NCBI GenBank assembly: GCA_000708835.1
Contig: DF237198.1
Span: forward strand, 1 to 64,000
Length of the DNA: 64,000 nucleotides
Direction: 5' to 3'
DNA from: Klebsormidium nitens
Lineage: Eukaryota > Plantae > Klebsormidiophyceae
Position 1 is the first letter of the stretch. Each line of letters opens with the position of its first letter. Both the position numbers and the translations under genes were made by a program. Below, piece by piece: positions 50,001-64,000 of this stretch. The notes under the pieces are model-generated. The model did not search any database. It had not been told where the DNA came from and worked only from the letters and a program-made list of their open reading frames with translations.

Positions 50001-52334
50001 GGCAGGAGAACGGAACGGGGCCGTCTAAATCAGGGGGCCAGGTGGGGGAGGAGAGAGGGGACGCGCTCATTTTTAGTTACATGAGCATGATGTCCGGCGC
50101 CCAGTCTCGTGTAGCGTCGGAACAAACGGGAGCGTCCGTACAACCGTCCGAAAGCGGGGCCCCGTTTAGTGGAGCCTCGGGCAAAATTGTGTTGGAAGGA
50201 AGAGACGGACAAGAGAAAGTAGGAAGCTCTTCAGATCCTGAGAGGGATCCCTCTACGTCAACCGGGAGTTCGGCTTCCTCTGGGGATGGGAGTGAGGCGG
50301 GAGCGGCGTTGCCGAGGGGAAATTTGGGCGACCAGAACCCTCGAGGAGGCCTGGTAGTGGTCGCCTTCGGAAGTGCTCCGGGCGTCCCCAACTGGGCCGG
50401 CGTGTTGAAGCGCGTCAAGGCAGCCCTCAAACCAGATGCCACGAAAAAAAAAAGCTCGTCGAAAGCTGTGGGCCCAAGTTTAGAGTCGACGACTTTCGAC
50501 GTATTGTACGTGGTCGATGCACGCCGGTCCTGGTACACCCAAGTCGGGAGCCCTGGGGGGGCCACCAATTTGGCGGCGTCCGAAACGGGGGCCAAGTTCA
50601 ACGGGTGCAACTGCCCCCCCGAAGAGGAGAGCGAGGGGGAAGGCGCCAACGCTTCTGGCGCTGACGATTTGCAGTTGGAAGGGGACTTCCGGATCGGGAC
50701 GAGCGGACACGTGTCGGAACGGGACGGGCGGTCGGAAAAGGTGCGCAGCAAAGTGGCCAGCCGAAGCACGCTGCTAGACGCACGCGATTTGGGGATTGCG
50801 CGCGTTTCCAGTAGAGATCCTTTGGCTGCGGACGGAACGGAAGGGCAACCAAGCGGAGCGTCTCGGGAGAGCGGTCGGGAGCAGGTATTTTCCGCCGGTC
50901 CTACTCCGCAGAGCTCGGGTGAACACAACGGATCGGCCGGAAACGGGGCTGAGCTGGGCGGATCTGGTTTAACCAACGGAAGCGAACGGAAGCGAACCGG
51001 ACAGCGGCTCAGCGGGTACTACCGAGCCGAATTGGAGGCGGCTGTAAGCGGATACGAGCGCGTGCTGCTTTTGGGGGACAGCATGGGGGCGTCGGCGAGC
51101 CTGCTGTTCAGCTCGCTCGCGACACGTGTCCTCTCCTTCTGCCCGCAGGCGAGCTTCTGTCCTAGTCGCTCCATCTTTGGGAGCTGAATTTCCTTGTTCT
51201 TGATTGGTACTGAAAGCGCGGCAGCGAAGTTCTCGGGGCTTCCCTACAGACCCCGTATGCATTATGTACGAAACCTCGCTTTTGATTGAGGTAAGCCTCG
51301 AGTGAGCAACGTGCGACTTTTGGTGGTGCCGGTGCTGACAAAGACTGCTCATTCGGTTTTTATCAGCCTTTTGAGGAGAAGCTTGGCACGTAGTTCCTTG
51401 ACACACTGCATTAGGACTGACGGTGCTATGTTCTCACGCTGTTCCCGGATTGCTCCGAAACGAACGTCTCGGTTGCCTTCTCAAACTTCAACTTACTTCT
51501 TCCTTCACGGCGCTCAGAAGTAGAAAGCAAAATCTGTCGCAAACTTAGACTCTTCCTTCTCGAACCGAAGGCTGGGCCCCGCTCTTCGTACAGGTCGACC
51601 TCTCGACGGCGTCCATCCGGTGCGCGGAGGACGCCGCGTGGTTCCGCTCGTTCCGGGCCGAGGTGCTGGATGACGTCAGCCGGAGCTCGGCCGTCATCAC
51701 CGTGCACTGCGGCTGCTGGCTGCACGACCTGGAGCAGGCCGCGCTGCTCCCGGCTGGGAAGGTGTGAATACGCTCTCCTTGTCGCGGGCTCCCGTTTCTT
51801 GCTGTGCGCTAGCTTTTAGTGTTGCATTTCTGTTGTAGCTGTTGAGAGACTTCGCAGGCATGTATGCAGGAACTAGGACGAAGAGAGTCCGTGTTTGCCG
51901 ATCCGCTCGATGTGGCCACGCGTCAATGCCGTGCAATCTCACGGGATCTCAGTAGAGACGGATCAGCAACACCTACGTGAAACCTGGTGCTTTGGTCGTC
52001 TACTGGCCCTCTCTCGCTTGATTACCTGTTCTTCCTGGTCAAGCTTTACTTTCTGTACAAGCCAGGTGTTGTTTCGTGGGCTCTTACTGGTCATCTGAGT
52101 ACAAAAACTTCCTAAAAACTTGCCCCCTAGAGGGCCTCGCTGAAAGCCGGGTTAGGAGCTAACCCGGTTTCGTGTAATCAGGTCACTGTGGTGGAGCATC
52201 CCGTGGAGGACCACCGGTTAGCGAAGGAGCTGGACTACCAAAGGAAGCTGGTGCCCATCTTGCGGACGGCTATCGAGGAGGAACTGATGCTGCTGACGTT
52301 GGAGCAAGGCCGACTAGGAGCACGTGGCGCTTGA
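47093..52334 (+). CDS. LRR-repeat protein fused to a C-terminal alpha/beta-hydrolase-like domain, with a predicted transit peptide
   Basis: Exons 47093-47586, 48152-48326, 48666-48920, 49463-51148, 51594-51761, 52182-52334. Many LxxLxLxGNxLxxLP repeats. The C-terminal domain has VVVAFGSAPG, DVLYVVD..RSWY, LLLGDSMGA (nucleophile elbow, 51074-51088), LSFCPQVD, HDLEQA and DHRLA. Confidence 0.85.
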
Positions 52335-53249
52335 TGACGTTGCTTTGGAAAGGAGTATTGAAAAGCTTGTCTTTCAGGGTGATGCGTGTTGGGATGGCGG
52401 CTGGGACTGATCATCGAAGGCAGATTCACAGGCAGATTCATCGAGCTCAAGAAAGTTGCATGGATTGGTTGACACTGTGATCTCATAGGGGCTACTTTTC
52501 CGGAAGGAAGTGATCCTATATCGATGTTCGCATGTAAGTACGTCGCCTCTTTGGTCTTATGTCCGTCTGCGTGTGCTTGAGCCTCCAACATATGCGTGGT
52601 GCTTCCGCAAATGAAGGACACGTAATCACGCCACAAGGTCGGCGAATTCATACCGTTGCTCAAGACGAGCTTGCAACATCCTGCCCTGATGATTCATGTA
52701 GTAGGCCCGCTCGTGGTACATCAACCAATCTTAATACCATGTCACCATTCCGTATGCATTATAGTCACTACGTTCATATCCTATCCTTAATGGGATGCAC
52801 AGAATCGATGCTTGTCGATCGACTCTTGAAGTCCGCGTCAGGCATGTGAGCTGTCACTACCTGAGAATGCTATAGACGCGTACACGTGCGTTATTATATA
52901 CTTGATTATTTCTGGATCGATCGAGACACAGAATACAGCTTCATGGAGCAACCCTGCACTTCAGGAATGATCACGAGTGATTAGCTCTCTTTCGGACAAT
53001 CTACCCATATATGAGCGATTCGAAAGACTCGTAGGTAGCTGTTGACCCGTACATACTGCCAGTTTCTAATAAAGAACAACTTTTAAATGGATTCTCTTGA
53101 TCGAATCAAGGCCCTTCTTGGCGAAGAGGGTTGTTCGTTCATTGCATGAGTCATGTTCACTGATTGAACTGGCACTGTCATCTGGTAGTTTTGCGGTTTT
53201 TCCCCAACATATGCAATGACTTTCTACTAGCAGGTATACTAAGGTTGGC

Positions 53250-55257
53250 CTACACGGCTTCTTCCCCCTTGCTTGCGTTCCCGAATGGCTTGCCTTCATC
53301 CCCAACCGTCACAAGCTCGAAGAGGGATGCGTACCAGACAAGGAACAGGTTGAGCTCAAACTTAGACCAACGCAGCTTCCTATCTGGTCCAAACCCCTTA
53401 GCAACAGCTTCCTTGGCTAAGCCTAGTAGGGATTTGCTCGGGATCCACGTTGCTAATTCCATTTTGATTATATCAGGAGCGAGAGCCAACGCTTCGCGAA
53501 CAATGTCACTCTTATTGTTCCTGTGTGCATCATACCAAGCCCTCAAAAGCACAGGCAGTTTATCTGTAGCCCGGCCCGCAGAAGCTGAGAGGCAGATGCG
53601 GAAGTAGTGCAGAGGGCTGCGGTCGGAATCGACGAATTCAATTCCATACAGCCCCTGACAAACCTCTGGAAGCGCCTTATCAGCGGGAAGCCAGAGGTAA
53701 AATACGACGCAGACGCGCAAGAAGACCGCAACCGTGCAAAACGAGAGAACAATCCGCTCAAAGCCATGTGTATCAGCGGCCGCAACAGCCATCAGGCTTA
53801 GGAGCACGAAGCCCGAAAGTATGGCAACGATAGGGGTCATGCCCCGTACCGGATCCAGTACCTGCAAGAAGACATACTTCATGACTACAAGCCGCGCCAG
53901 CCCTGGAGACTCCCCACTCACACATTAGCCACTTCTGGGATGTAGCTTTCTCATACCATATGAAGGTTAGCAACGCAATCAAGGTAGTATCTGCAGTTTT
54001 CATGTCAAGACCAAATCAGACCGGCACTCATCATGTTGGAATGAACACAAAAGAGGCACTGAAATTGAGCAGTTTGAACTAAGAGAGTGACTAGACCATT
54101 GACAAACAAAACTGATTCACAGTCGAACCCTTACAACATCATTGAACTATATAAGTCTGCTATTACTGAGACAATCAACGAAAAAAACGATTTCAAGTTT
54201 GTGATATATATACTCCAAGCATGAACATTAGCCTCATGTCACAAAGGGTTACAATGCATTAATCGAAATCTGCTCTCCTCAATGAGAATCGGCGTTTAAC
54301 AACGATCAGCTGGCCCCAGACGATTTCGTCCTGATGCAAATGAGAAGATCATCTGAAGTTATGTGAGGCATCAAAAGCAAATGCTATCCACGTCTTAGTC
54401 AGGGCTACCAAAGCTAATACCAGCTTGACCAGTTCTGTGGTGAATACCAAGGGAACCTCCATCCAGATTCCAAAAAGGGTGGTAATTCAAACATGCTCAA
54501 CAAGTATTTTCTCTTGAAAAAAACACACACTACCTGCTTGGCTTACCCGGAAAAAATCCCGGTTACGCATCAACAAGCAGGCCAGGTTGTCACTCAAATC
54601 CTTGCTCGCTTTGGTGGGGGTTGCGCCCTCTTTTGGTGCACCACCTGAGAGCACAATCTGCTGCAAGTGTTCGATGAGGTTCTTGACCGTCTCCGCGACC
54701 CCATCTACATTGCTGTCCAAAGGGTTGAGCCGCTCGGATCTCCCGGCTGTCAAGATGTCTACAGCAACCCAAAACGCCGACATCCCTTCCACTACAGAAA
54801 TGACAATCACGAAGGCGTAGACGGGGACCCTCCTGTAATGCCCATTAAACCCCGTGGTGAATAGGACGGCTGAAGCGCTGACAAGGATTGATGCAGAGGA
54901 GGCCATAACGTTTGCAAAGCTCTTCCACGAGAACACGTTGACGAACCAATTGCTCTGGTGGCTCAGGCACAGGATTGACACCGCCGATATGGCCATCAAG
55001 GCTTGCCGCTGATTGGCGGCATAGCTGTTGGCATATCCCACCAACGCGGTCTGCAGTGGGAGGATGGCCGTGAGAATGGATCCTATGGTGAATTCGGAGC
55101 CAATCTTATGGAAATCAGTAAAGCTGGTTAAGAGAAAGAGAACCAGCTCCAAGCTGACAATAAGCATGACGATGACCCCCGTGTTTTCAGACAAGGCCTC
55201 CGCTTGCGCAAAGAGCTGGGAGCTGAAGCTGCCAGGAGGAGGGGGGGGCGACGCCAT
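53250..55257 (-). CDS. Unknown multipass membrane protein; gene model uncertain, possibly a pseudogene
   Basis: Two long hydrophobic ORFs on the same strand (55257-54487 and 53921-53250), with a candidate small exon at 53990-53922. I recognised no family motif and the splice junctions are ambiguous. Confidence 0.45.
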
Positions 55258-56594
55258 TTGCTTGAGGAGCGCTGCACCGCTGGTTCAGCTCGGCGTGCGG
55301 CTCTGTTTTCTGCGCCCAGCACAGCGCAGGTGCCGAGTTGTATTTCTTATCAGGAGGCTCTTATGTTAAGAAGTGTAATGTGCCAGGAATTCAATATGCG
55401 CACAACCACCCCACAACCGCAGAGGGCCGGAGCTGCAAAGATGAACTGATCAATGCGGTGCGGGCTCTGCTGGACTGCTGAGCTTCGACCTTCTTGGGGA
55501 GTAATTTCTTGATCACGACTTGGACGACTGAAAGAGCTTCACAACCTGGCCCTATGGTATGTCGTGGGGCACATCTGAAAATGCATGCCCTTGCTGAACT
55601 GCTAACGTCTTGATGTCTGGATACCTGGAAACTTCGTAGACATGGGGCGGTCGATCATCCTAGCTGCTTTCGGCGAGGACTTTACAGCTGACTTTAATGA
55701 AGAGCGCTTCGCTGATCTACGTCCTGTAGCACGCCCAACTTTGCTAGCTGGGGGATTGTCCTCGGGGTTTACTTGATTGCTGCATGGGGATGAAAAACTT
55801 CAACCGGTAGCTAAAGAACCGAGGTTCGTCTTCTACTCTCGACACGTGCTGTCCAAGACCGGTGCTGTTTCCCCGACTGCTTTGCCACGGTGGGTTTGAT
55901 TTTCCCTCTGCCGCGAAGTACCGCTGTCATGTGCTGCCTGCATAATGCATGTTCCGCACCACATGTGCTCAATGATGCAGTGTGCTCACGGGTTCGCCCG
56001 CCGGCGGCTGGGTCGGGGCTGTGGCCTGGGAGCGGGTCGATTCTGGTGCCAGACGGATATCAGTTTAAAGTGAAGTTTTAAATAATGGTTCCTACAGGAC
56101 ACTTCCTAGGACGCGGTTTAATGCCCCTCAAACCTAACCCCAAATACTCCCCCTCTAGGTACCGGTCTAGCTAGGACCCTACCTGCGTACCACCCCGAAA
56201 ACCGGCCCCCTAAAGTTAAACCTACCCGTCCCACAGTGGTTATCTATTAATACGTGCCCCTAGATTCTGATTGTATTTCGGAGGTTGACACTGTTCTTTG
56301 CTGGCGTTCGCCAGGGCCATGTGCATTGTGGCCCGTGGGCCGGCGCGGGGTGCATTTACTGCCCAGCTGGCTTGTGATGTCAACACTTTGCACTGGTGAG
56401 TCGTGACTGTGCACTAGGTATAACAGTGTACTCAGTACTGTGTGCAGTGTGCAGTGTGCAAGCTGCTTCGAAAAACCTCAGCACCGGAATCCGGCGGAAA
56501 AGACAACCACGGAAGAGGAACCGGAAGATGAGAGGATACGACACCCGAGCCAGCTGGCTTCGCATGAGCCTGATCGCTCATCAGCACAGGTGGT

Positions 56595-56614
56595 NNNNNN
56601 NNNNNNNNNNNNNN
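56595..56614. other. Assembly gap (20 N)
   Basis: Run of N. Confidence 0.99.
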
Positions 56615-56968
56615 ACAACCGGGCAGAATGGTGTCGCCCAAAGCAGTCCTGCTATGGTCTGGATGACCTGCCCGGGGGATAGGGTACTTCTTACAGGACT
56701 GAAATGCAGACTGGACTTCGCAGGAACCTGACGCAATTCTGCTGAGTGTCGGCCGCAAGTCGGCAGTCTACGGTGCGACAAAGTTTCATAGAGTGAAATT
56801 TCGCGCGACCGCGGGGACCGCGTCCGGGTCAATTTTGAAGGTCGTGCTCTTGGTGGAGGGTGGAGGGTTGATGCTGGATCGAAAGTTGCGTAGATACTCG
56901 GGCTTTGGAGCAAAGGATCAACAGGACACAGGGAAGCTAAAAGGGATTGTGCGCGTCAGCTGAGAAGC

Positions 56969-59637
56969 ATGTCTGCATCCCTGGCGGCGGTCGGAGCCAC
57001 CGGCTACGGCCTGCCCGCCTCCCATGCATACAGCAGGGCCCCGAGAAAGCCAGTGCAAAGCCTGCTTGGTGGCCATGCTTGCATCAGCCATGCGCATGTT
57101 GGGGGGTATCAGAACAAGCAGCAGACGTTGTTGAAAGTCACGAAATTGGCCCCCCATCAGCATGCGGCGCCCGCCGCCAGCTGTCAGGACCCCCTTCGAA
57201 GGAGTGCGCATAGGGAAGCTTTTGGTAGCTCTGCCCACCAGCTTCAAATCTCTAGTCCAGGCTGGAACAAATTTGATCTGAGCACTCTCTCTTCTTGGCA
57301 CTGTCTTGGTGGCACCACCAGAGGTTTTCTGCCCAGAACTTCACCCCCGTCACTCCCCACCACTGCAAACCGCCGGTGCATCGTAGCTGCCCGGAAAGAC
57401 CGGCGATGGCCCCCCTGGGGAAGGGATCGAAGGGACCGGTCCAGCAGCACTCTAGTTTTTGCCCTCGGTCTAGTTGGTCTCGTCGTGCCCGTGCTTCTGT
57501 CAAGCGCGGGCGTAGTTGCAGCTGCATTCACGATCCCAACAATTGCTGTAAGCGTAGGCGCCGTTGCAGCGCTATCAGCCCTTACGGCGGTCTTGGCGAT
57601 TGTTGGCCCGCTGCTCCTCTTCTTTGTCCCCGTGTTTGGTTTGCCCCTTGCTTTACTCTCAGGGTTTGGATTTTGGGGCTTCGGGGGGGTGGTTCGGACT
57701 GTTTTGGACATCGTGCTCACGCTCACAATCACAAGCAACTTTGTGGGGGCGTTAGTGAGCCGGGCGCAGAGGAAACAAGCGGCAGAGTCCGAAGAAGAAG
57801 AGAAACTCTCGCTTGGAGAACAACTGAAGCGGATGGCCTTAGCGGAAGTCGAGAGGGGCTTGCGAGACATGAGGAGTAATCTCCCTTCTGAGATGGGGCA
57901 GAAGAAGGCTCAGAAGCCCGTCAAAAAAGAGAGTGCAGAGGACTTAGCGGTGAGGAGGGCGAACGAGGCAAATGAGGCATTGAGAGAGGTGGCGAACGTC
58001 GCTTGGTGGGGGCCCACAGTCCTCAGTTTGGTGCCAGGGCTCAATGGGCTGGCCTGGTTTGCGGCAACGGATGCTTTCCCAACAGCTGTGGTGAGTGCTA
58101 GTTGGTTTCTCTACAAATTGCATGTCAAGTCAGGGTCCTTTGGGGTCTTGAATTTCAAAGGGAAGCAGTCACTCAACCGAAAATAAAACCACACATCCAA
58201 TTTTGCGCGGTGAGGTTGGAATTCTATGCAAGAACGACCTGCGTTGATGTCAGCTTTATGTCACCACAAGTCCGTACGATGCTTTGCTTCCAACCAGTGG
58301 AGCAGTTGGGTTGCAAATCGAGGCTGTTAGCTCACTGGTACCTTCTTTCACTCCGCTGTCTGCCTGTCCCTCTGAAGTGTTTGCAAGCTCGTTGCAATGT
58401 CGTGTCTATCCACACCTTCAACCTTCCTCCGGCCACAGTTGCTAACCCTCTATTTCTCCTTGCAGCAAGGTACCCGCCGCGGCGCCTTCATCCGCAATGC
58501 CCTCATCTACGGCGCTCCTGCACTGCTGTACCTCTTGTCAGCCCCGTTCCAGGGGGTATCAGTCCTGGGGTATTTGAGGGGTGAGGCATGGTGGCTGTCG
58601 CTCGTGTTTGGGCTGGTGCACCTGCAACTAGAGCGGAAGGACATGGTCGAGGAGGCACGCACGCGTGCGCGAGAAAGCGCACTCCCGGAGCCCGACGAGC
58701 TGGAGCGCGCGTCGAAAGAGTTGATGGAGTTCGACGCTCAGTTGTCGCGTGTGGCGTGGTCGAGCGGTGAGTTGCCTTGGGCCGCATCGAGTTTGTTTGC
58801 GCAGCAAGTCGACAGGATTGTCTTTGCTTGATTTGTGGTGAGATCAGTGGCAAATTGACAAAGTTGTCCTGCGTAATCTGAGGGAGACTAGATTCTGACT
58901 ATTGGTTTCGAGTTAGGGGCAGTTCGGTGCAGATTCGTCTGACATTATCTGTGCTTGATCCAGATCTGGCAGCGTTGCTTTCAAAAACTTGTCGATATTT
59001 TGGGTTCGAGGTCCTGGGGAGTTCCTATCCATTTCCAAGACCGCTTTGAACAAGTCGTTTTCTTGTTGGCTGTTCACGAAATTGTCGAATGTGGTGCTTC
59101 CGTTCAATCCTCGACCCTTTCGTCGATCTTGGGCATGCTTCCGACAACTCATGGCCGACAACTCATGGTCTCAGGATGAGGCTGCCTTTCACTTGCTGCA
59201 GCCAAGAACTTTGAATTCCAGGCACTCTAGCGCACAGTTGTTTTCCATTTACCCAGGAACATATTCTTGCTGCAGCCAACAACTTCAATTCCAGGCACTC
59301 TAGTGCACAGTTTTTCCAAATACCCAGGATTTTCTTTTTTAAATGTTCAGAGTCACCAGCTTACGATTCCCTACCACCCGCAGAAACGCCGTCGAAGTGG
59401 ACGGAAGCGAACGTCGGGGAGTGGCTGCGCGCCGAGGGGCTCGGTCGCTTGGTGGGCGCTTTCGCCGAGCAACACATTGACGGCTCGGTGCTTCTGACAC
59501 TCAAAGGCGACGAATTGCGGGACGAGCTGGGTATCACCAGCTTGGGCGACCGAAAGAGAATTTTGGCGGCAATCGAGCGGCTGCAAGCCAAGGATAAGGA
59601 GTGGGCCGCTCGGGTTGTGCAAGAGCTGGATACGTGA
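56969..59637 (+). CDS. Putative plastid-targeted multipass membrane protein with a C-terminal SAM domain
   Basis: Exon 1 (56969-~58090) has a Ser/Ala/Arg-rich transit-like N-terminus and several hydrophobic segments. Exon 2 (~58468-58766) reads GAFIRNALIYGAPALL...ELMEFDAQL. Exon 3 (~59384-59637) reads WTEANVGEWLRAEGLGRLVGAFAEQHIDGSVLLTLKGDELRDELGITSLGDRKRILAAI, a canonical SAM domain. Confidence 0.8.
59192..59329 (+). repeat. Intronic tandem duplication, ~74-bp period, 2 copies
   Basis: CTTGCTGCAGCCAA...AATTCCAGGCACTCTAG.GCACAGTT...TACCCAGGA starts at 59192 and again at 59266. Confidence 0.85.
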
Positions 59638-60725
59638 CAGTAATAGCTGTATCATAGATGTTCACTCTCACTTTGATTCATTAGGCGGGCCTCTTTGTTT
59701 GGATCCCCTTGTATACTTTGACGCAAAGCTCATCATAGCATGCCGGTCAATGTACGTACGTACGAGATCAACCCTTTGTACCCAAACAACGCTGGACACG
59801 ATCGATCAACTGATATCGTTATGCAACCTTGCTTCCAACAACCGAACAGAAGAACAGGCATGGTCCCCTCCATTTCAGTAGCCCCTCCATTCGTACTGTT
59901 GCGTAGCTCTCAGAAGACTCCTATAGCAGGGCCGTGCGTCCGGTCTCAATCAATGCACATGATGCTGATCTGCATTGAGATGAATACCATGGACACATGT
60001 CAATACACGCTACGACGCACAGATGTGTGGGCGCGCAGGGACCGCGGCCCCTAGTTCAATCGAGTATATCTTGCCAGTTACGGAGTCACGTCGGACCATT
60101 TCAACAATCTACAGGCTCGCGATTGCGTTACTAGTAGCTCGGTTTCGATCAATCATTATTGCATGCACACAAATATGTGACCTACAATTCTTTACATGAA
60201 ATATTGCTGTTCATCACTGGCATGTGCTATGCAGCTATAGCGTCAAGACTTAATTAGAGAGCTTCATTGGCCCTCGATCAAATCGGGCTGCCATCCGCCA
60301 TGTGCATGTGTACCGTGAGGTGCGCACACATGCAAAATGGCGGCCATAACAGAACGACACAACCTAAACTGAGCACCGGCCCCTGAATCACAGCCTCCTG
60401 CACTAAAATGCATGATACGCAATCCTCAATACTTGACGTACGGAATGAGCATCAACGACTAAACCCAGGTGCTGCGATCCTCTTTGCGAGATAAAATTGC
60501 AAAAGTGTACCTATATTCCGTATAGTAGCTTGCGAATGTATATCATTGAGCAGCTTCAACATAGTTTCCTACAATACATCTTTGTCTTCTGGGCTAGGAT
60601 TTAACAAAGGCGTCAGATTGCCCTTGGAAAAGCGACAAAGCAGGCGCACGTCTTCCTCGTTCTCAAAGAAGACTCTCCGATTTAGATGGTTTTATACAGA
60701 CTTCGACCCTGTCGCCAAGCATATG

Positions 60726-63753
<3,028 letters not shown>

Positions 63754-64000
63754 CTGCAAATGCCCAAGTCCTGGTTAGAGCATGGAAAATTCTTGACAAA
63801 TTGCTTGCATTTCAGAGCAATGTGTTAGTTTTCTGCTGAGAAAGCCGTGAGTTTAACGCCAACCAATGGCTCTGGATTCAGAGTGCATTTCCTTCAGCTG
63901 CATCAGAATCATCAATCATGTACGTAGGCAATTGGAGAAGACCGATCAACGTGAACCGCTTCATGAAACTAAACACGATCTCACATAGCCCAAGCACTGG

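Noticed and set aside
50077-50976. 299-aa antisense ORF, and other long antisense or alternative-frame ORFs over coding exons (for example 8456-8992, 9257-9850, 57244-57870)
   Set aside because: Shadow ORFs of GC-rich exons, with low complexity and no recognisable domains.
56396-56760. ORF fragments spanning the 20-N gap
   Set aside because: They depend on the gap length, have no recognisable domain and cannot be supported.
63754-63775. Apparent frameshift at the UBC27 N-terminus (GAC TTG GGC ATT TGCAG)
   Set aside because: Better explained as intron sequence ending in TTTGCAG with the exon starting at KEL; the first exon is outside the window.

Overview
Eukaryotic, intron-rich nuclear DNA. 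The gene content is plant-like (FLD/LDL, OEX2, plastid transit peptides) and the exons are short with GT-AG introns; I infer a streptophyte green alga such as Klebsormidium. I reconstructed the spliced genes by hand from conserved motifs and intron phases. In order: an LSD1-family FLD/LDL histone demethylase (+); an organellar OEX2-type 5'-3' exonuclease spliced in frame to a C-terminal dsRNA-binding domain (-); TFIIH p52/Tfb2 (+); a TMEM62/At3g03305-like membrane metallophosphoesterase (-); NOL11/Utp8 (+); an intronless tandem-DUF2283-like ORF of prokaryotic type (-); a NIMA-related kinase (+); an LRR + alpha/beta-hydrolase protein (+); an unknown multipass membrane protein or pseudogene (-); a plastid-type membrane protein with a SAM domain (+); and a 5'-truncated UBC27/UBE2K (-). 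There are three clear non-autonomous TIR elements (two with TA target duplications, one with TTA) and two assembly gaps. The most unusual signals are the OEX2-dsRBD fusion, a ~150-bp tandem array of duplicated splice acceptors that could switch that dsRBD on or off, a similar acceptor stutter in TFB2, the DUF2283 tandem gene and the LRR-hydrolase. I saw no rRNA, tRNA or CRISPR array. No database searches were run; family assignments come from motif recognition.
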